Positions 63,899 through 64,000 of a stretch of DNA of 64,000 nucleotides are shown here, one piece after another. The notes below the pieces were generated by a model. It had not been told where the DNA came from, ran no database searches, and saw only the letters and a list, made by a program, of their open reading frames with translations. This stretch comes from Caulobacter sp. CCUG 60055 (GTDB lineage: Bacteria > Pseudomonadota > Alphaproteobacteria > Caulobacterales > Caulobacteraceae), in contig NZ_PUIC01000005.1 of NCBI RefSeq assembly GCF_022750545.1, positions 440,281-504,280 on the forward strand, written 5' to 3'. Each line of letters opens with the position of its first letter. Within the stretch, counting starts at the first letter, position 1. A program made the translations under genes and the position numbers.

Positions 63899-64000
63899 CG
63901 TGCCGGTGGAGAGGCGCCTTGAGCGCGCCCAGCTTAGCGCCGCGCTCCGCGCGCGGCGCGCGAAACCGGTCGCGGCGGCGCCGACCGTCGTCCGGTATAG

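Overview
The window is a 64-kb, roughly 68-70% GC chromosomal segment that looks alphaproteobacterial and Caulobacteraceae-like. I base that on the ftsEX, hisC/tyrA and podJ genes, an N-acetylglucosamine (NAG) utilisation locus with a TonB-dependent receptor, and a zwf-pgl-edd-eda Entner-Doudoroff operon. It is densely packed with about 55 genes that mostly look like housekeeping or core accessory functions. In order these are: the ftsE 3' end, ftsX, DUF218, plsC, chaC-like, DUF2125, chorismate mutase, hisC and tyrA. Next come an arsR-AHSA1-AHSA1 operon, a DinG-family Fe-S helicase, a SIMPL protein, the ligase-associated Lhr-like helicase with PdeM, TauE/SafE with its partner, and a PodJ polarity-factor homologue. 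Then follow several small catabolic units (TetR/ADH, beta-lactamase-fold hydrolase, DUF2975/XRE, SDR, LLM, thiolase, FAD monooxygenases, a DapA-like protein, flotillin). The NAG locus is nagE, an EIIA-HPr-EI gene, a GH20 hexosaminidase, the TonB-dependent receptor, and nagR-nagB-nagA. Immediately downstream is zwf-pgl-edd-eda. The remainder is a hybrid histidine kinase, czcD, a single-ORF EgtB-EgtD ergothioneine fusion, an AGE epimerase, a TetR/monooxygenase pair, a PEP-mutase-family enzyme, and a clearly low-GC (about 50%) islet carrying an alpha/beta hydrolase beside a truncated acyl-CoA dehydrogenase. I found no rRNA, tRNA, CRISPR array or obvious transposase. The points I think deserve a second look are: a perfect 30-bp CG-centred palindrome just upstream of zwf; DasR-like half-sites in the nagR/TonB-dependent-receptor divergent region; the EgtB-EgtD fusion; tandem EIIB domains in NagE; an SD-perfect 37-codon membrane peptide; AT-rich operator pairs beside TetR and XRE regulators; a putative uORF-containing hypothetical unit at 52.7-53.9 kb; and the low-GC islet. 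I did not recognise a compact multi-gene novel system such as a defence island or BGC. Many long ORFs in the six-frame track are GC-driven artefacts and I have rejected them.
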